This document shows, one piece after another, positions 25,366-38,700 of a DNA stretch of 64,000 bases. Every line of letters starts with the position of its first letter. Position 1 is the stretch's first letter. The notes beneath the pieces were generated by a model. The model saw nothing but the letters and a program-made list of their open reading frames with translations, was not told where the DNA came from and did no database searches. The DNA is from Octopus sinensis. Its lineage: Eukaryota. The stretch lies in NCBI RefSeq assembly GCF_006345805.1, contig NC_043000.1, forward strand, positions 41,726,001 to 41,790,000. The letters are read 5' to 3'. The translations under genes were made by a program, and so were the position numbers.

Positions 25366-25880
25366 ACGGTAACGACAGTACAAACATATAAACAGTAAAA
25401 AATATATATATAAACAGTGGAAAAATAAATATATAACAGTGAGAGACAAGACAAGGAGAACAAGATAAGAAGGGCTGTTAACGCCAGACGAAAAAAGTAT
25501 TGTAAACGCTGGATTATCGTGGAAGACAGAGAGGGAAAATTTGTCGACCAGAAGCCTTACAAGGCGGGCGGGAAAGGACAGGATAGCAGTTACGACGGAA
25601 GTATCGTCGCAGATGGATGACGGGAATGGGGGAGGAGGAGAAAGAGGAAGAGAGAGCAGAAGGGGAATGGTGCGAGGAGACCATGAAGAATGGTGAAAGG
25701 GAGAGAGAGAATGAAGAATGAGAGAGAGAGGAAGAGACAAGTTAAGTGAGGGAAAAAAAGACGAAAAAGGGAATGGGAGAGAAAGAAAGAAAGATGCAGA
25801 GTCGCGTGAGAGTTAATATCAAGGCTAACTTGATAAACAGAACAATCTTAAAAAATGGAACAAGAATTAACAGGCGACAA
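23225..25880. repeat. Tandem triplication, periods 872 and 895 bp
   Basis: Identical ORF-track translations start at 23266, 24138 and 25033. The copies differ mainly in poly-A length and junction sequence. Confidence 0.95.
23433..23511 (-). ncRNA. Non-circularly permuted hammerhead ribozyme candidate (H2a); copies 24305-24383 and 25200-25278
   Basis: Minus strand: GAAGGA(II)..ACGT(III') C TCGCT(I) TTTA TCCTTC(II') GAA ACGT(III)..AGCGA(I') CTGATGA. GUC triplet, intact core, all stems perfect. Confidence 0.75.
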
Positions 25881-26040
25881 CATATATATATGTATATATA
25901 TATATATATATATATGCATACACACAAGCACACAAACACACTGTATCACACACAAAGAATACAAGCAAGTCAAAAAATAGTTGGACGAACACCGTATATT
26001 AGATTGACACACAGTGAAAGATTTTGGATGGAAGCATAGG

Positions 26041-26074
26041 AGTGACGTTTCGAGCACGGCTATTCATCGGAAAG
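26041..26074 (-). ncRNA. Decayed minimal hammerhead of the 48.5-kb family
   Basis: CTTT CCGATGA A TAGC CGT GCTC GAAA CGT C: U4>C, stem II mismatch, stem I lost. Confidence 0.45.
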
Positions 26075-26324
26075 AGGGAAAATTCCAGAAGGAAAAGGAG
26101 GAAGGAGTCGAAAGTCATTGAATTACGTATGCCGTTACATACTAAAGGCGAAAAAGAATTTCACAAACTGTTACTCGGTGTTTTATGTAACCACTCATCA
26201 GAGAGTTGTCTAACCGTTCATCGGATTAAAGGAATGTAGATACGTGAAAAGGTTATTTGGTGAGAAAATCAACAGATGTGTAACTAATTTTTCTTGTTAA
26301 ATTTATTTGAACGCTATCTTTTAT

Positions 26325-26697
26325 GGTTTGCTGGGGTACCGGCTTCAGGAATTTTAGTCGAACGAATCGACCTCAGTATTTATTTGTTTTTTAAGCCTGG
26401 TACTTATTCTATTGCCCACTTTTGCCGAACTGCTAAGTTAGGAGGACGTAAATACACCAACACCGGTTATCAATCATGGTGGTGTGTGGGGATCACAAAC
26501 GCAAAGGCACACACACATAGATATATACATATGTATATATGACGGGCTTCTTTCAGTTCCTGTCTAATATATCCACTCACAAGGCCTTGGTCGGCCCGAG
26601 GCTGCAGTAGAAGACACTTCCCCAATGTGCCACGCAGTGGAACTGAACCCGGAACCATGTGGTTGGAAATCAAGCCTCTTACCACACAGCCACACCT
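26325..26697 (-). mobile_element. SINE family B
   Basis: Reverse complement of family B head and tail. Confidence 0.85.
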
Positions 26698-27753
26698 AGG
26701 AGATTTAACCTGTTTTTAGAAATTATAGCAAACTGTTTAATCTCTCATTAGTGCTTAAATAAAATCAACAAGGACTTAAACTGGATGCACATCTGCTGGT
26801 CTATTCACCTTTTACCTAATTACATTTTTGTGAACACCTGTAAAACAACCCAAGATATGACGCTGACACACTTATGCACATCTGATTACAAAGTTTTACA
26901 CACATGACTGAATTCCGAATAATAACAAAGCTCCAAATTTAATCAATAAAAATCTTCCACAGTATCTCTCCATCAGAACTTATTCTACAACCTAATCATT
27001 ATTCAATAGAGCACAACCTACCCCCAGAAACCTTAAAATTCCAGTTGCTATAGAAAGTCAAGACGAACCCAAATTCATCGCAGTCCGATGAAGACTAAGC
27101 AAGCGTAAATTTCGAACTCACATCACACTATTCTTCTTACAGAATGATAAATGCTAGAGGAATCCGTGGAAATCCCACGGAACGAAAATGTTAAGAGAAG
27201 CTGTTTAAGAAAGAAAGGATGACTTGAACTTTGATTGGATATAAATCTTATTGTTACCTGTGCAATAAATGATACAAGACTATATAATAGCAATATATAA
27301 AATACTTAATACTCTTATCATTCGTTAGTATTTAATTCTGTTGAAACTGCAAGATCAATATATGATTGCATATTCCTTATTACGCAATATTTTGTAATAA
27401 TTACTTTACATTATATATAACTGATGCACACAAGACGATATAGGGAATATATAGTACACAACGTTTCTTTTAGCATGATTCGTTTCAACTCCATAGCAAA
27501 TTTTGTAAAAAATTATATCCACGTCTATTTTGCTAACTTGTTTTCTTTTGTGAAACATTTTATTGTTCTCTCTTTTTCTCTCTGTTTCTTTCTCTTCCTC
27601 TCTTCCTCTCCTTCACACTCACTCCACATCTCTTCTCTCTAGATTTGCATACATCCACATCCACACAAGCGTATGTACATACGCACACACACACACATAT
27701 ATATGCATTTATCTTTTATATATATGTATATATATATATGTATATATATTCGC

Positions 27754-27915
27754 GTACGGGTGGCTGAGTGGTAAGTAGCTCGTTTACGAACCGCATGGTT
27801 CCGGGTTCAGTCCCATTACGTGGTACCTTGGGCAAGTTTCTTCTACTCTAGCGTCGGGCCAACCAAAGCCTTGTGAGTGGATTTGGCAGACGGAAGCTGA
27901 AAGAAGCCCGTCGTA
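27754..27915 (+). mobile_element. SINE family B, 5' portion
   Basis: GGTGGCTGAGTGGTAAG...GGGTTCAGTCCC...CCTTGGGCAAG...AAGAAGCCCGTCGTA. Confidence 0.85.
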
Positions 27916-28370
27916 TATATGTATATATATATATATATATGCGCACACACATTTGACAAAATCCAGAAAACGACTATCATAAAGACATTCACAATCATGT
28001 TTAAAGCACAGCTTTAACTACGGCCACGGCCACAACTTCAATTCTCAACAATCACAACAAGAGCAGTTGTGACAATAACAGAATAATAAAGCTAACCAAG
28101 GTCATAACCATCACTAAAACTATAGAAAGAAATTATCTCTAGGCCCAGAATTCCTGTAATGTTGAGTGTAACAACAAATAGTTTGAAGAAGTCTGTCTTC
28201 TATGTGGTGCCCAATCCTTAGCTTTTTAACTAGGATCAAAATTTGAAAAAACTATAATCGCGATTCATGCATACATACATACATATATACATACATACAT
28301 ACACATATATATATATATATATACATATATACTTATATATATATACATATATATTTATATATATATATAC

Positions 28371-28445
<75 letters not shown>

Positions 28446-28446
28446 T

Positions 28447-28486
<40 letters not shown>

Positions 28487-28490
<4 letters not shown>

Positions 28491-28776
28491 AAAAAACAAG
28501 TCAAAATAGAAAATGCTAAAATAATTTTATAAAGAACATTTCAGTACCGGTTTCGGGCATTTTGAGACCTTTTCAACTGTAACGATTAAATAATTAAATT
28601 TTGAAAAATTAAAAGAAAAGGTTTTTTTTTAATTTTTTAAAGTTTCTTTTAAAATTTTTCGAAATTTAATTATTTAATCGATACAGTTGAAAAAGTCTCA
28701 AAATGACCGAAACCGGTACTGAAATGTTCTTTATAAAATTATTTTAGCATTTTCTATTTTGACTTGTTTTTTCATA
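28487..28776. repeat. ~290-bp near-perfect palindrome (~130-bp arms, ~24-bp spacer) next to (TA)n
   Basis: 28487-28618 is the reverse complement of 28643-28776 with few mismatches. Confidence 0.95.
28684..28721 (+). ncRNA. Minimal type I hammerhead, U3-A8 core variant; mirror copy 28542-28579 on the minus strand
   Basis: CAG TTGAAAA AGTC TCAAAAT GACC GAAA CCGG T A CTG. The mirror has GGTC/GCCC, so the consensus stem II GGTC:GACC is perfect. Stem III is the palindrome ACCGGT. Confidence 0.65.
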
Positions 28777-28801
28777 TATATCAACTCGTGTGTTCCTTTT
28801 C

Positions 28802-28855
<54 letters not shown>

Positions 28856-29083
28856 ACACATACACATATGTATGTTTGTATATGTATGCATGTAAGTATG
28901 TAGTTATGTTTGTATGCATATATGTATTATATATAGGTATGTAATATGTGTGCATGCGTCACTATACACATTTATGAAGTCTGAGGGGAATTTTTGCCTG
29001 TGCAAATTTGTATGAGATGGGCTTTTCCCATTCTTAGTAATAATGGTTATCAATATCCTTATTTCTATCTATCTATCTATCTC

Positions 29084-29168
<85 letters not shown>

Positions 29169-29248
29169 GTGTGTAGGTGAGTGTGTGTGTGTATCCCTAT
29201 CTTTCATTCTCTCTCACTCTCTGTGAGTGTATGTGTGTACGTGTGTGT

Positions 29249-29506
29249 ACACTTTATCCAATATTTCATTTCGTTTTTTTTTTCTTTTAAGAATGCAGAG
29301 AGTCATTTGTGGAAAATTTTCGTTACTAATTCTTTTATATAGAACATCAATATGCAAGCTTTTTCGTTGGCTCATTGGTAAATATTTTGTAAACTCGCGG
29401 TCACTTCGAAGTATTGTATGTTTACAGTTAATCGAGGGGTTAGAGGGTTCATGGGCAATTTGAACCCTTGCACCATAAAAACTCTCTCGCTCTCACTCTC
29501 TCTATT

Positions 29507-29537
<31 letters not shown>

Positions 29538-30261
29538 ACCATCAGCTCAAACACAACCAGCACGAACATCAAAGCCATTCAAACCACTGCCATTACTAAA
29601 CACCAACTCCTTAATGACCACCACCAACAACAGAATAAATAATATGATCAAAGTAAACAACTCCATCTGAAATTTTGAAAAAGTCACTCAAGATAATATG
29701 GTAAACTAATGGATTGTAAAAAGTGAATGATATATCTTCGATCTTCGACCAATGTGTATTGAGTAGAAACCCAACAGCAACAACAATATAATTAACAAGA
29801 GCATTGTGCCAACCGTCGCCACCAACAGTATTCCCATTATTATGGTCACCATCCTCAAAAACACATAAACCAATATAACCACTTCCACCGCCACTAGCAA
29901 TCCATCAACAGCAATAATAGTATCCACATGATAGCAATGTCTGTAGCTACATATGTTGCATGTCGATACAACCGTTTGCGTAGAGTGTGAGAGAGAGAGA
30001 GAGAAATAGAGAGAGTGAGAGCGAGAGAGTTTTTATGGTCCAAGGGTTCAAATTGCCCATGAACCCTCTAACCCCTCGATTAACTGTAAACATACAATAC
30101 TTCGAAGTGACCGCGAGTTTACAAAATATTTACCAATGAGCCAACGAAAAAGCTTGCATATTGATGTTCTATATAAAAGAATTAGTAAGGAAAACTTTCC
30201 ACAAATGACTCTCTGCATTCTTAAAAAAAAAAAAAACGAAATGAAATATTGGATAAAGTGT
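29249..30261. repeat. Long inverted repeat, ~280-bp arms around a ~455-bp spacer
   Basis: 29249-29530 versus 29985-30261; four substitutions plus microsatellite-length differences seen. Confidence 0.95.
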
Positions 30262-30945
30262 TCGTAAAGAAAGACAAACAAACACCAACAAAAAAGTCAT
30301 GGCCCAAACGATTTTAATCACGTCTGCTCGATCAGAACTAACCTAAGTTTAAATAAAACCTATAACAATGAGCGGGCTCCTAGAAACTGCTCAAACTACA
30401 ATTGCAAACACGCTTCATATGAGCTTACCACCACTCCGTACGAAGGCTTAATACATAGCAAATTTTGATTTCTAACATAAGCACGAGGCCACACATTTTT
30501 GGGCAGGGATAGAGATTACCCAAGCACTTAATCAATGATGATAAATAATGAAAGAGTGCTTTTTTTTTTATTCGAAACGCCCTTTTGACATGTTGAAAGG
30601 CCTCAATATATAGCTGACCTCATGTAGAGGATTTCCGTACAAACCATACAAATTTTGAAGTGTTGTTTCAACATTGATGCTCACACGAAAACATATACGG
30701 AATCAAACATTATACACAGCGGTATACATATATACAAATACGCATAGATACACGCGTAAATATACTTTCATACATATATGCGTAATTATTCACATATACA
30801 CATGCATACAAACACACACGCTTGTACACGTGCTCGCGCGCGCGTGTGTGCATGTGTGCGCGCGTGTGTTTTGTATATATCAGTAGTTCTGCAAGCGTAT
30901 ATGTATGTATATATATCTGCGTGAGTGTATGTATGTATAATTACG

Positions 30946-31091
<146 letters not shown>

Positions 31092-31883
31092 CATATATGT
31101 ACATATGCATTCATATACATGCTTCGGTATAGAAGTACTTGATATACATACCTGCTCTACACACACACACATATATGTATGTATGTAAGTATATATTGCA
31201 TATGTGCATGTGTTTGTGTGTGTGTGCTTGCGTCACTTTATAAATGCACGCACGCACACATACACGCACGCACTCACACACACATGCATGGAGACACGTG
31301 TATGTTTGTATGGTATGTGCTCGTGCGTTTGATTGACTATATCCGGTTTGGCAGAGTATCTCGTCCCATCCTCCCCCACCTGCCTACCAGCCCATAAGTA
31401 AATAAAGCCTTAGCGATTCAGTTATCGGCACTACTTGAGTTTATCTTATGACGCCTGTTCGGTGTGATAAACCGTATAAGATTGAACTCCTGCTCTAGAA
31501 ATTAGGCGTAGTAGTGTACAGGACTCGCAGTAGCAGCAGCAACAGCAATAAGGAGCAGTAGAGGGCGTGTCAGTGTATTAGCCTGACATTCTAGAAATAG
31601 CAGCTAATTTATCCTCAAACCTAATTAACCTACACTAGCAAACAAACCGAATACGTTGCATTGCATTATACAATCTGTAGTTAAAGCAGAAAGCAGTGGT
31701 AAGGAACTCTTAACTGAGCTGAACAGCAGAAATTCTTCAGAGAAGCGGGCCCTTCTAAATAATGTCATTACGCTCTTTTCGTCTGGAATTGTATTCCCTT
31801 CTGAACTTGTGATCGACCTCCCTTTGAATAATTCCTGGGACCGCGCCTGCACTGCAGGCAATAATAATGATAATAATAATAGT

Positions 31884-32088
31884 AATATATTTCTTTATTG
31901 CCCACAAGGGGCTAAACACAGAGGGGACAAACAAGGACAGACAAAGGGATTAAGTCGATTACATCGACTCCAGTGCGAAACTGGTACTTTATTTCGCACT
32001 GGGGTCGATGTAATCGACTTAATCCCTTTGTCTGTCCTTGTTTGTCCCCTCTGTGTTTAACCCCTTGTGGGCAATAAAGAAATATATT
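31884..32088. mobile_element. Fold-back made of two inverted SINE family A 3' halves
   Basis: 31884-31980 versus 31992-32088, 95/97 match inverted, 11-bp spacer. Confidence 0.9.
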
Positions 32089-32103
32089 ATTATCATTATT
32101 ATC

Positions 32104-32247
<144 letters not shown>

Positions 32248-34820
32248 AGCAAGCGAACAAAAATACAGGGCACAGAACAGGAAGTATAATATATTGAAAG
32301 AAATGGCCTGAAATTGGTAATGGAGGTACTGAAACAGCACCTCGTTGCAAAGAAAGCAATGATGGTAAGAAACGGCCAAAGAATGAAGGTTTACCAGCAG
32401 AATAGTTTATTCTGAGTAGATCAGAAGAGATTCTACAAAGAAATAAAAGGAGAGTGTACAAATGAAAAGTTGATACCAGATAACACAGAAAGTCAAAGGT
32501 TTGGGAGTGAAATCTGGAGCAAAGACAAGAAGCACAAGAAAGATGCTAAATGGCTGCAAGAACTGAAACAAACAGTATAGTCTGTCCAAAAGAGGCAGAG
32601 CTAGGCATTTCAGTTAGGGAAGTGAAGGAAATCAGCAAAAAATGGGCAACTGGAAGGCCCCGGTCCAGATGGAGTTCAAGACTACTGGATCAAAAGATTT
32701 GGTGAATGTCATGCATGAATAGCTGCACAACTCAACACCTTATTAAATGCCATCCAAGTTACACCAATAAATTAATTGATAATAATAATAATAATAACAT
32801 GGATCTTAAATTTTTGGACAAGAGCAGCATTTTGTACTAGGGGAGGTTCGAAAATACTGCATTGATTATATTCACCCATATGCTCAGCTGGTATTAATTT
32901 TATCGAACTCAAACGGGGGAAAAGCAATGTCCTGTTTGCCACTTATGTGGAAATTATTGACTGGAATATTCGCAGAGTTAATGTATGGACATCTGGAAAA
33001 AAATGAAGTCCTGCCACATGAGCAGAAGGGTTGCAACTGTAAGTGCAGAGGTACCAAAGATCAACTCCTGGTAGACAAAACTGTACTTAGAGACTGCAAG
33101 AGGAGGAAAACTAACTTAGCTATGTCATGGATCGATTATCGTAAGGCGTTCGATATGATCCCACATTCTTGGATTATGGAATGTATGAACCTATTTGGTA
33201 GTGCATCGAATGTTGAGCGATTCCTTGGAAAAAGTATGGCGAAGTGGAGGACGGAACTAACAGCATATGGAAGAAGTTTAGGGACAATAGAAATCAGGAG
33301 AGGCTTCTTCCAAGAAGACTGCCAGTCCCCACTGATCTTTTTACTGTGCATGATATCACTAACACTGATTCTGTGGAAAGCAATGGCTGGGTATGTATTC
33401 AAAAGCCGCCAACAAAAAGTCAACCACTTGTTATTCATGAATGACTTCAAACTTTATGGTAAAGATGAATCCCAAGTCAGTTCTCTCGTTGATACGGTGT
33501 ATACTTCCAGTGCTGATATCAGAATGGAGTTCAGACTGAACAGGTGTGGTGTGTTAGTCTTGAAGAGAGGCAAAATCAAATGTATAGATGATTTACCGAT
33601 ACTGTCGGGGTAGGTTATGAAGTAGATAGAAGAGACGGGCTATTGGAAATGGATAAATTCACGGAGCAAGAAATGACAGAAAACTTTAAGGTAGAGTATT
33701 TGTGCAGATTGAGGCTGATACTTAAGTCGAAATTAAATGGAGTTCAAGACTACTGGATCAAAAAATTTGGTTAACGTCATGCACGAATAGCTGCACAACT
33801 CAACACCTTGTTAAATGCCGGCCAAGTAACACCAAAGTTGTTGACAATGGGTAGGACAGTGCTGTGCTTGAAAAACATCGAAGAAGGCAATTCCTTTTGA
33901 AAAACATCGAAAAAGACAAAACTCCTTACATATGGAGCAGGGGTAATCGCATGGACAGTTGACGAACAAAACTGCTTAGACATAAAGACAAGTTGCTGAC
34001 TAAAATATGCGATACTCCACCCCAAAAGTGACACAGATTAAGAAAAAGAAGGGATAGAGGACTGATTGGATGCGGACACAGTATTAGTGCAGAAGATGAC
34101 AACATAGCATGGTATGTAAAATATGCCTTAGATCCACTATTATTGGAAGTAAGAAAGCCAGGCTTGTGTAGGATGGAAGATTGCAAAGATAAACCACTGT
34201 ACAAGCACTTGAGAATGAACGAAACTGAACGAATTACATCAAATACAAAATAGACAATACACCAGAAAGTGACAAGTGCAGAAACTGTGCAAAAATTCGT
34301 GAAACCGTATGGCATATCACCAGCCAATGTACGCCACTAGTCCAGAGAGAGTATAAGAGACATCATGACAAGATATCAAGGATTGTCCATTGGACACTTT
34401 ACAATAAGTATGGAGTAGACAGAGCAAAAAAGTGGTACGAACATAAACCCGAAGGCATCATCGAAAATGATAATGCAAAGATCCTATAGGATTTTATGAT
34501 TCACTGGGACCACGAGATAGAGAAAAGGAAACCAGACATAGTGTTAATTGAGAAAGAAAGCAAACCATGCTGGATCATAGATATAGCATGCCCAGCTGAC
34601 AACAAGATATGCGTTAAGGAAGAAAGAAAAGTCGATAGATATAACCAGTTAGCTTGGAAGGGTACGCAGTAATGGTCGATGAAAGAGGTGGTAATGTACC
34701 AATAACTGTCGGAGCCCTGGGAACAGTGAGTAAAAATCTTGAGAAGTACATGGAACAAATAGGGACTGTAATACGGGTGGAGCATTTGCAGAAAACAGCG
34801 CTGCTTGGAACAAGACTACT
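32248..34820 (+). mobile_element. R4/Dong-like non-LTR retrotransposon (RT, CCHC, restriction-like endonuclease), 5'-truncated and decayed
   Basis: [91 protein letters not shown] and VPITVGALG..LQKTALLGT, with multiple stops and frameshifts. Clade assigned from motif memory. Confidence 0.85.
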
Positions 34821-35790
34821 AAAAAGAGATGACACTGTTAGTACTGCGATATTGGGTTCGAAAAAATTATATTGCGCTGAGTAAAAAAAGGATACTTTTG
34901 ACAGCCAGAGACATTGAAAAAGTGACTGAAACAGTTGGAGAATAAAAGAGAAAAACAAAGACAACAGTAAACAAATAGAAATAAACGGAATTGCATGGCA
35001 AATTCTTGTACCAAACCGAGAATTCTTAAAGTAAAAATCACTGGCTTTGCTTGATAGACAAGAACTTGAAACGAGAGACAAAAACGTTAATTATAGTCAC
35101 TCAGAAACAAGCCCTTAGAACAAATCTGATAGAGGCAAAGATCGACAAAAGCAGTCAGACGGCAAATGTAGAACCTGTAAGAAAGGAGACGAAAGTATCT
35201 AACACATTTTGAGTGTAGTATTTTAACACAAAAGTAGTATAAGCGCAGACATGATTGTGTAAGCAAAAGGGCATAATGGGATATCAGCCTAGTGTGTGGC
35301 TTCAGAACAACAGAAGATTGGTATGGACACGAACCAGAGATTGTGATAGAAAATGAGAATTGCGAGATTTTGTGGGACTACCCCATAAAGACTGACCATA
35401 CTATTGAAACAAGAAAACCACATATGTTTATAGAGGACAAAATAAACAAACATTGTAAGATCATAGATTTTGCAATTCCCTATGATAGCAGAGCCGATAC
35501 GAAAGAAATTGAAAAAAATTAAGAAATACCAGGATCTAGCCAGAGAGATGCGGAGACTGTGGGAGATCAAGACAACAATTATTCCTGTAGCAATTTATGC
35601 ACTTGGCAAAACAACCAAAACGTAACCTTAAACACTAAATGAAATTGGAAGTGAAACTCGTATTGTCGACCTGCAGAATAAGTACGATTCTATATTCTGT
35701 AAGAGTCCTAAGAAAGATTCTTAAGATTTGAGGGGACTTGTCGCCAAGCCTCAAGATAAAATATCTGCCAACGAAATAAGCCAAATATTA
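34821..35790 (+). mobile_element. Second R4/Dong-like 3' fragment from a different subfamily
   Basis: CRTCKKGDESI.HI, YKRRHD, WYGHEPEIVIENENCEILWDYPIKTDHTIETRKP..IIDFAIPYD, KYQDLAREMRRLW. Confidence 0.8.
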
Positions 35791-38700
35791 ATAGTGACTT
35801 ATCGCCTGAGTATAAGTGCATTCATACAGGTCATTCTTGTTCCTCTCATAATTCTTGCTCCTCTCAGCCACCTTCCAGAAAATTACCTCTAAGGTAGAGA
35901 CCCCTCTTCACAATTAACTTTCTCAATAAGAAGTTGATGTAGACTTTCTTGATGAGAGAAGGGTTTTTATTGCTTTCAATCTTGTCTGCCATACAAGCTG
36001 TTTCCTCATGGCCACTAGACAGGGAAAATAGTTAGGCTTTTCCGAGCAGTAGAAGGTAGTTAGCGATACTCATGATGGACTTAGGTGACAACAACTATTC
36101 GACTTAATATTGACTCGATGAATGCTGACAGAATAAAACATTAAAAATTAAATCCTTTGCTTCCCTCCTTATCTTCCTCCTCATCGTCAATGCAATCATC
36201 TCGCCAACAAGGCTTCTATGTAGATACTACACATGATAGAAATAACAATCAAATTTCCCTCATATTACATCCTACATTATTTTCGAAATGATCTCTATTG
36301 GATAATGTGGTTCGAGATACACTATGATTAAATAAAAAAAAAAGACTAAGTGGTCACAACTCGAAAGTTTGTAATCATAGACCTTCACCGTCAAATCTGG
36401 CCTGAAACTAAATATCAACGTAAACAACAGAGTGAAACACAATGGATGTCATGTAAGATACAAATGGGAATGGTCACGTGTAGAACATCTTCGAAAATAG
36501 ATCGACTCGATCAATCTGGTCTAAATCTAAACACCGAGAACAACACCATCAGCAACATGTTGCAGACAGTGATTGTGAGGGGAATGGCGATGACGTGGAC
36601 GATGATAAACATAAACAACAGTGGAGATGACGACTGGATTTAAGTCTCAACTACCAACCAGCTTTAGAATGTTATATTCGGTTGAGAGCATCTCACGCAG
36701 TGAGACGGACTGTGATAATCATACAGAGAGAGAAGGGAAGAGCGAGCGTCGTGAAAGGGTAGTGGGGACTAATAGTCTGTCACAACTTTTGGCTGGCATG
36801 TTGGATTTGTGAATAAACAGAGAATATGATAACCTTTGCAATTGATGATCTTTCCTAAATAAGATAAACTGCACCACTAGATGTCATGTTTCTATATGCC
36901 ATCAAGACTTTTACAATGGGCTGCTTTAATTTTCGTTTGAAAACGTTTTCATTTAACTGATATTGTTTTTCTTCTTTCGGGAAAGTCATAAATACACCAT
37001 TGCTCTATTTCCAGTATAACATTGGTTCTTAAAATTATACTAATAGTAATTCAGCCAAACATTTTGAGAGGAGAGCACTTTCGATTAAACCGAATTCAAG
37101 ATTCAGCTAATGGTTTTTGCTACTTAAATCTAAGTCAACTGTTTGCAGAGAACTATGATTAAAAATATAGAGTCCAAAAGCGTGTTCGTAGAAAGTCAAT
37201 ATGTCCAATTTGAAGCTTTTTTTTTGGGGGGGGGGTGCCAGTCAAGAGAAAAGAAATAAAGATGAAGGATATATTTTGATTTTACAACAGGGTGTTTTTG
37301 TTTTAATCACTATGTGTGTAAGAGGTGAGGGCTTCAATAAACTTAGTCGGCAACAATTCCCTAACTGCTGTTCACCAACCATGAAACCGCCAATTATCAA
37401 ATTCATCCACAAGCAATTGACCAATTTACTGACGATAAATTATTAATTAATAGAAGATTTTCAATAAAAGATTGCAAAGCAAACAAACAAAAAATTAGAG
37501 AAAAAAAGTTAAATATTGTTCGATTTAATTTATTTTAAAGTTATTAAACCATTCTAAAAGTGAATTATTATGAACTAAACATCACATTCGTTAGCTTAAC
37601 CGATCAAAACATCATTATTCTTTCGACACATCCATATTTTAGTCTCTTTGAGAAAAGGGCCCTTGCAGATCTGTGAATTGTGTGTCTGCTTATTATGCCA
37701 CCTCATTGCTGTTGGTAAATTGCTATCGGTGAGTTTTCTATATACGAAGTGTTTGTGTGTGTGTGCGTGCGCGCCGAATGCGTGATGTGTGTGTACATGG
37801 TTAAGTTGGTGTGGGCACCACTAGGTCTGTCCTTACTTGTTTGTTGCTATATTTAGGGTGTCAACTTTGCTATGATAGTACCTACGTACTATCATACTCC
37901 GATCGATATCCTACTGGCGAAGACTTCCTGTTATATTTTCGTCATCTCAATCCGTCTTAAATGACCCGCCTTCCATATTGATTTCACATGTCTCTCCCAA
38001 CACCCACGCGAACTTCACTGTATCTACTCTCTTCACTCACTGCTGACAGCTAGGCTAGCAATATTTTGATCATTCACTACTCACCATTGGCGGACAAGAA
38101 TCAGGAAGTTTAACCTTTCTCTATATAAGGCAATTTAACAATCCTCTCTTTTTTTGTTCATAACACAAGGTGCAGCACGGAACAGGAGAATGTTTATGAA
38201 ATTGTTTCAGTTCAGTTTGATATAATTTTCTTTCACCAACAAGATTCTTCTACATCGTTACCTCTCTTATATAATTACTCGGTCGATTATGAATTAGATT
38301 TCCGAAGTATTTAATTCATCTTTGTCACTATCATTTCAGCGCTACTCTGCTGCTAGGAAAGCTAATGAAGATTATTACACATCCTTTCATTTGTTATACA
38401 TCTGAAACACGGATGGTGTTGTTTTGCTTCCGAGAGAGACCTGAATGACCAAACATTTGATGAAAGGTCTTCCAGAAAGAAGACATTTCATCAGAGTTAC
38501 TAAGACTACAAAGAAACGAACGATATTTTATTTTTTAACCGTTCCATACCGTATAGTACAGCAGTCAGTCCATGCGTATTATAGTCAATGATTTCTTTAA
38601 GCAGTTCTTATAACATTCTACACGTGTTGAGTTTACTAGACCCTATTTCAACCCTTCTTCATTTCTGTTGGTAAATCACATCGTCGATCTTCCCACACAG

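Noticed and set aside
26720-27200. Possible ancient LINE debris (also 36350-36800, 50570-51360, 62400-63800)
   Set aside because: The composition is suggestive, but no motif could be identified.
31610-31860. Stretch open on both strands as a possible host exon
   Set aside because: It is short, has no recognisable domain, and no convincing splice sites were identified; it needs a BLASTx.
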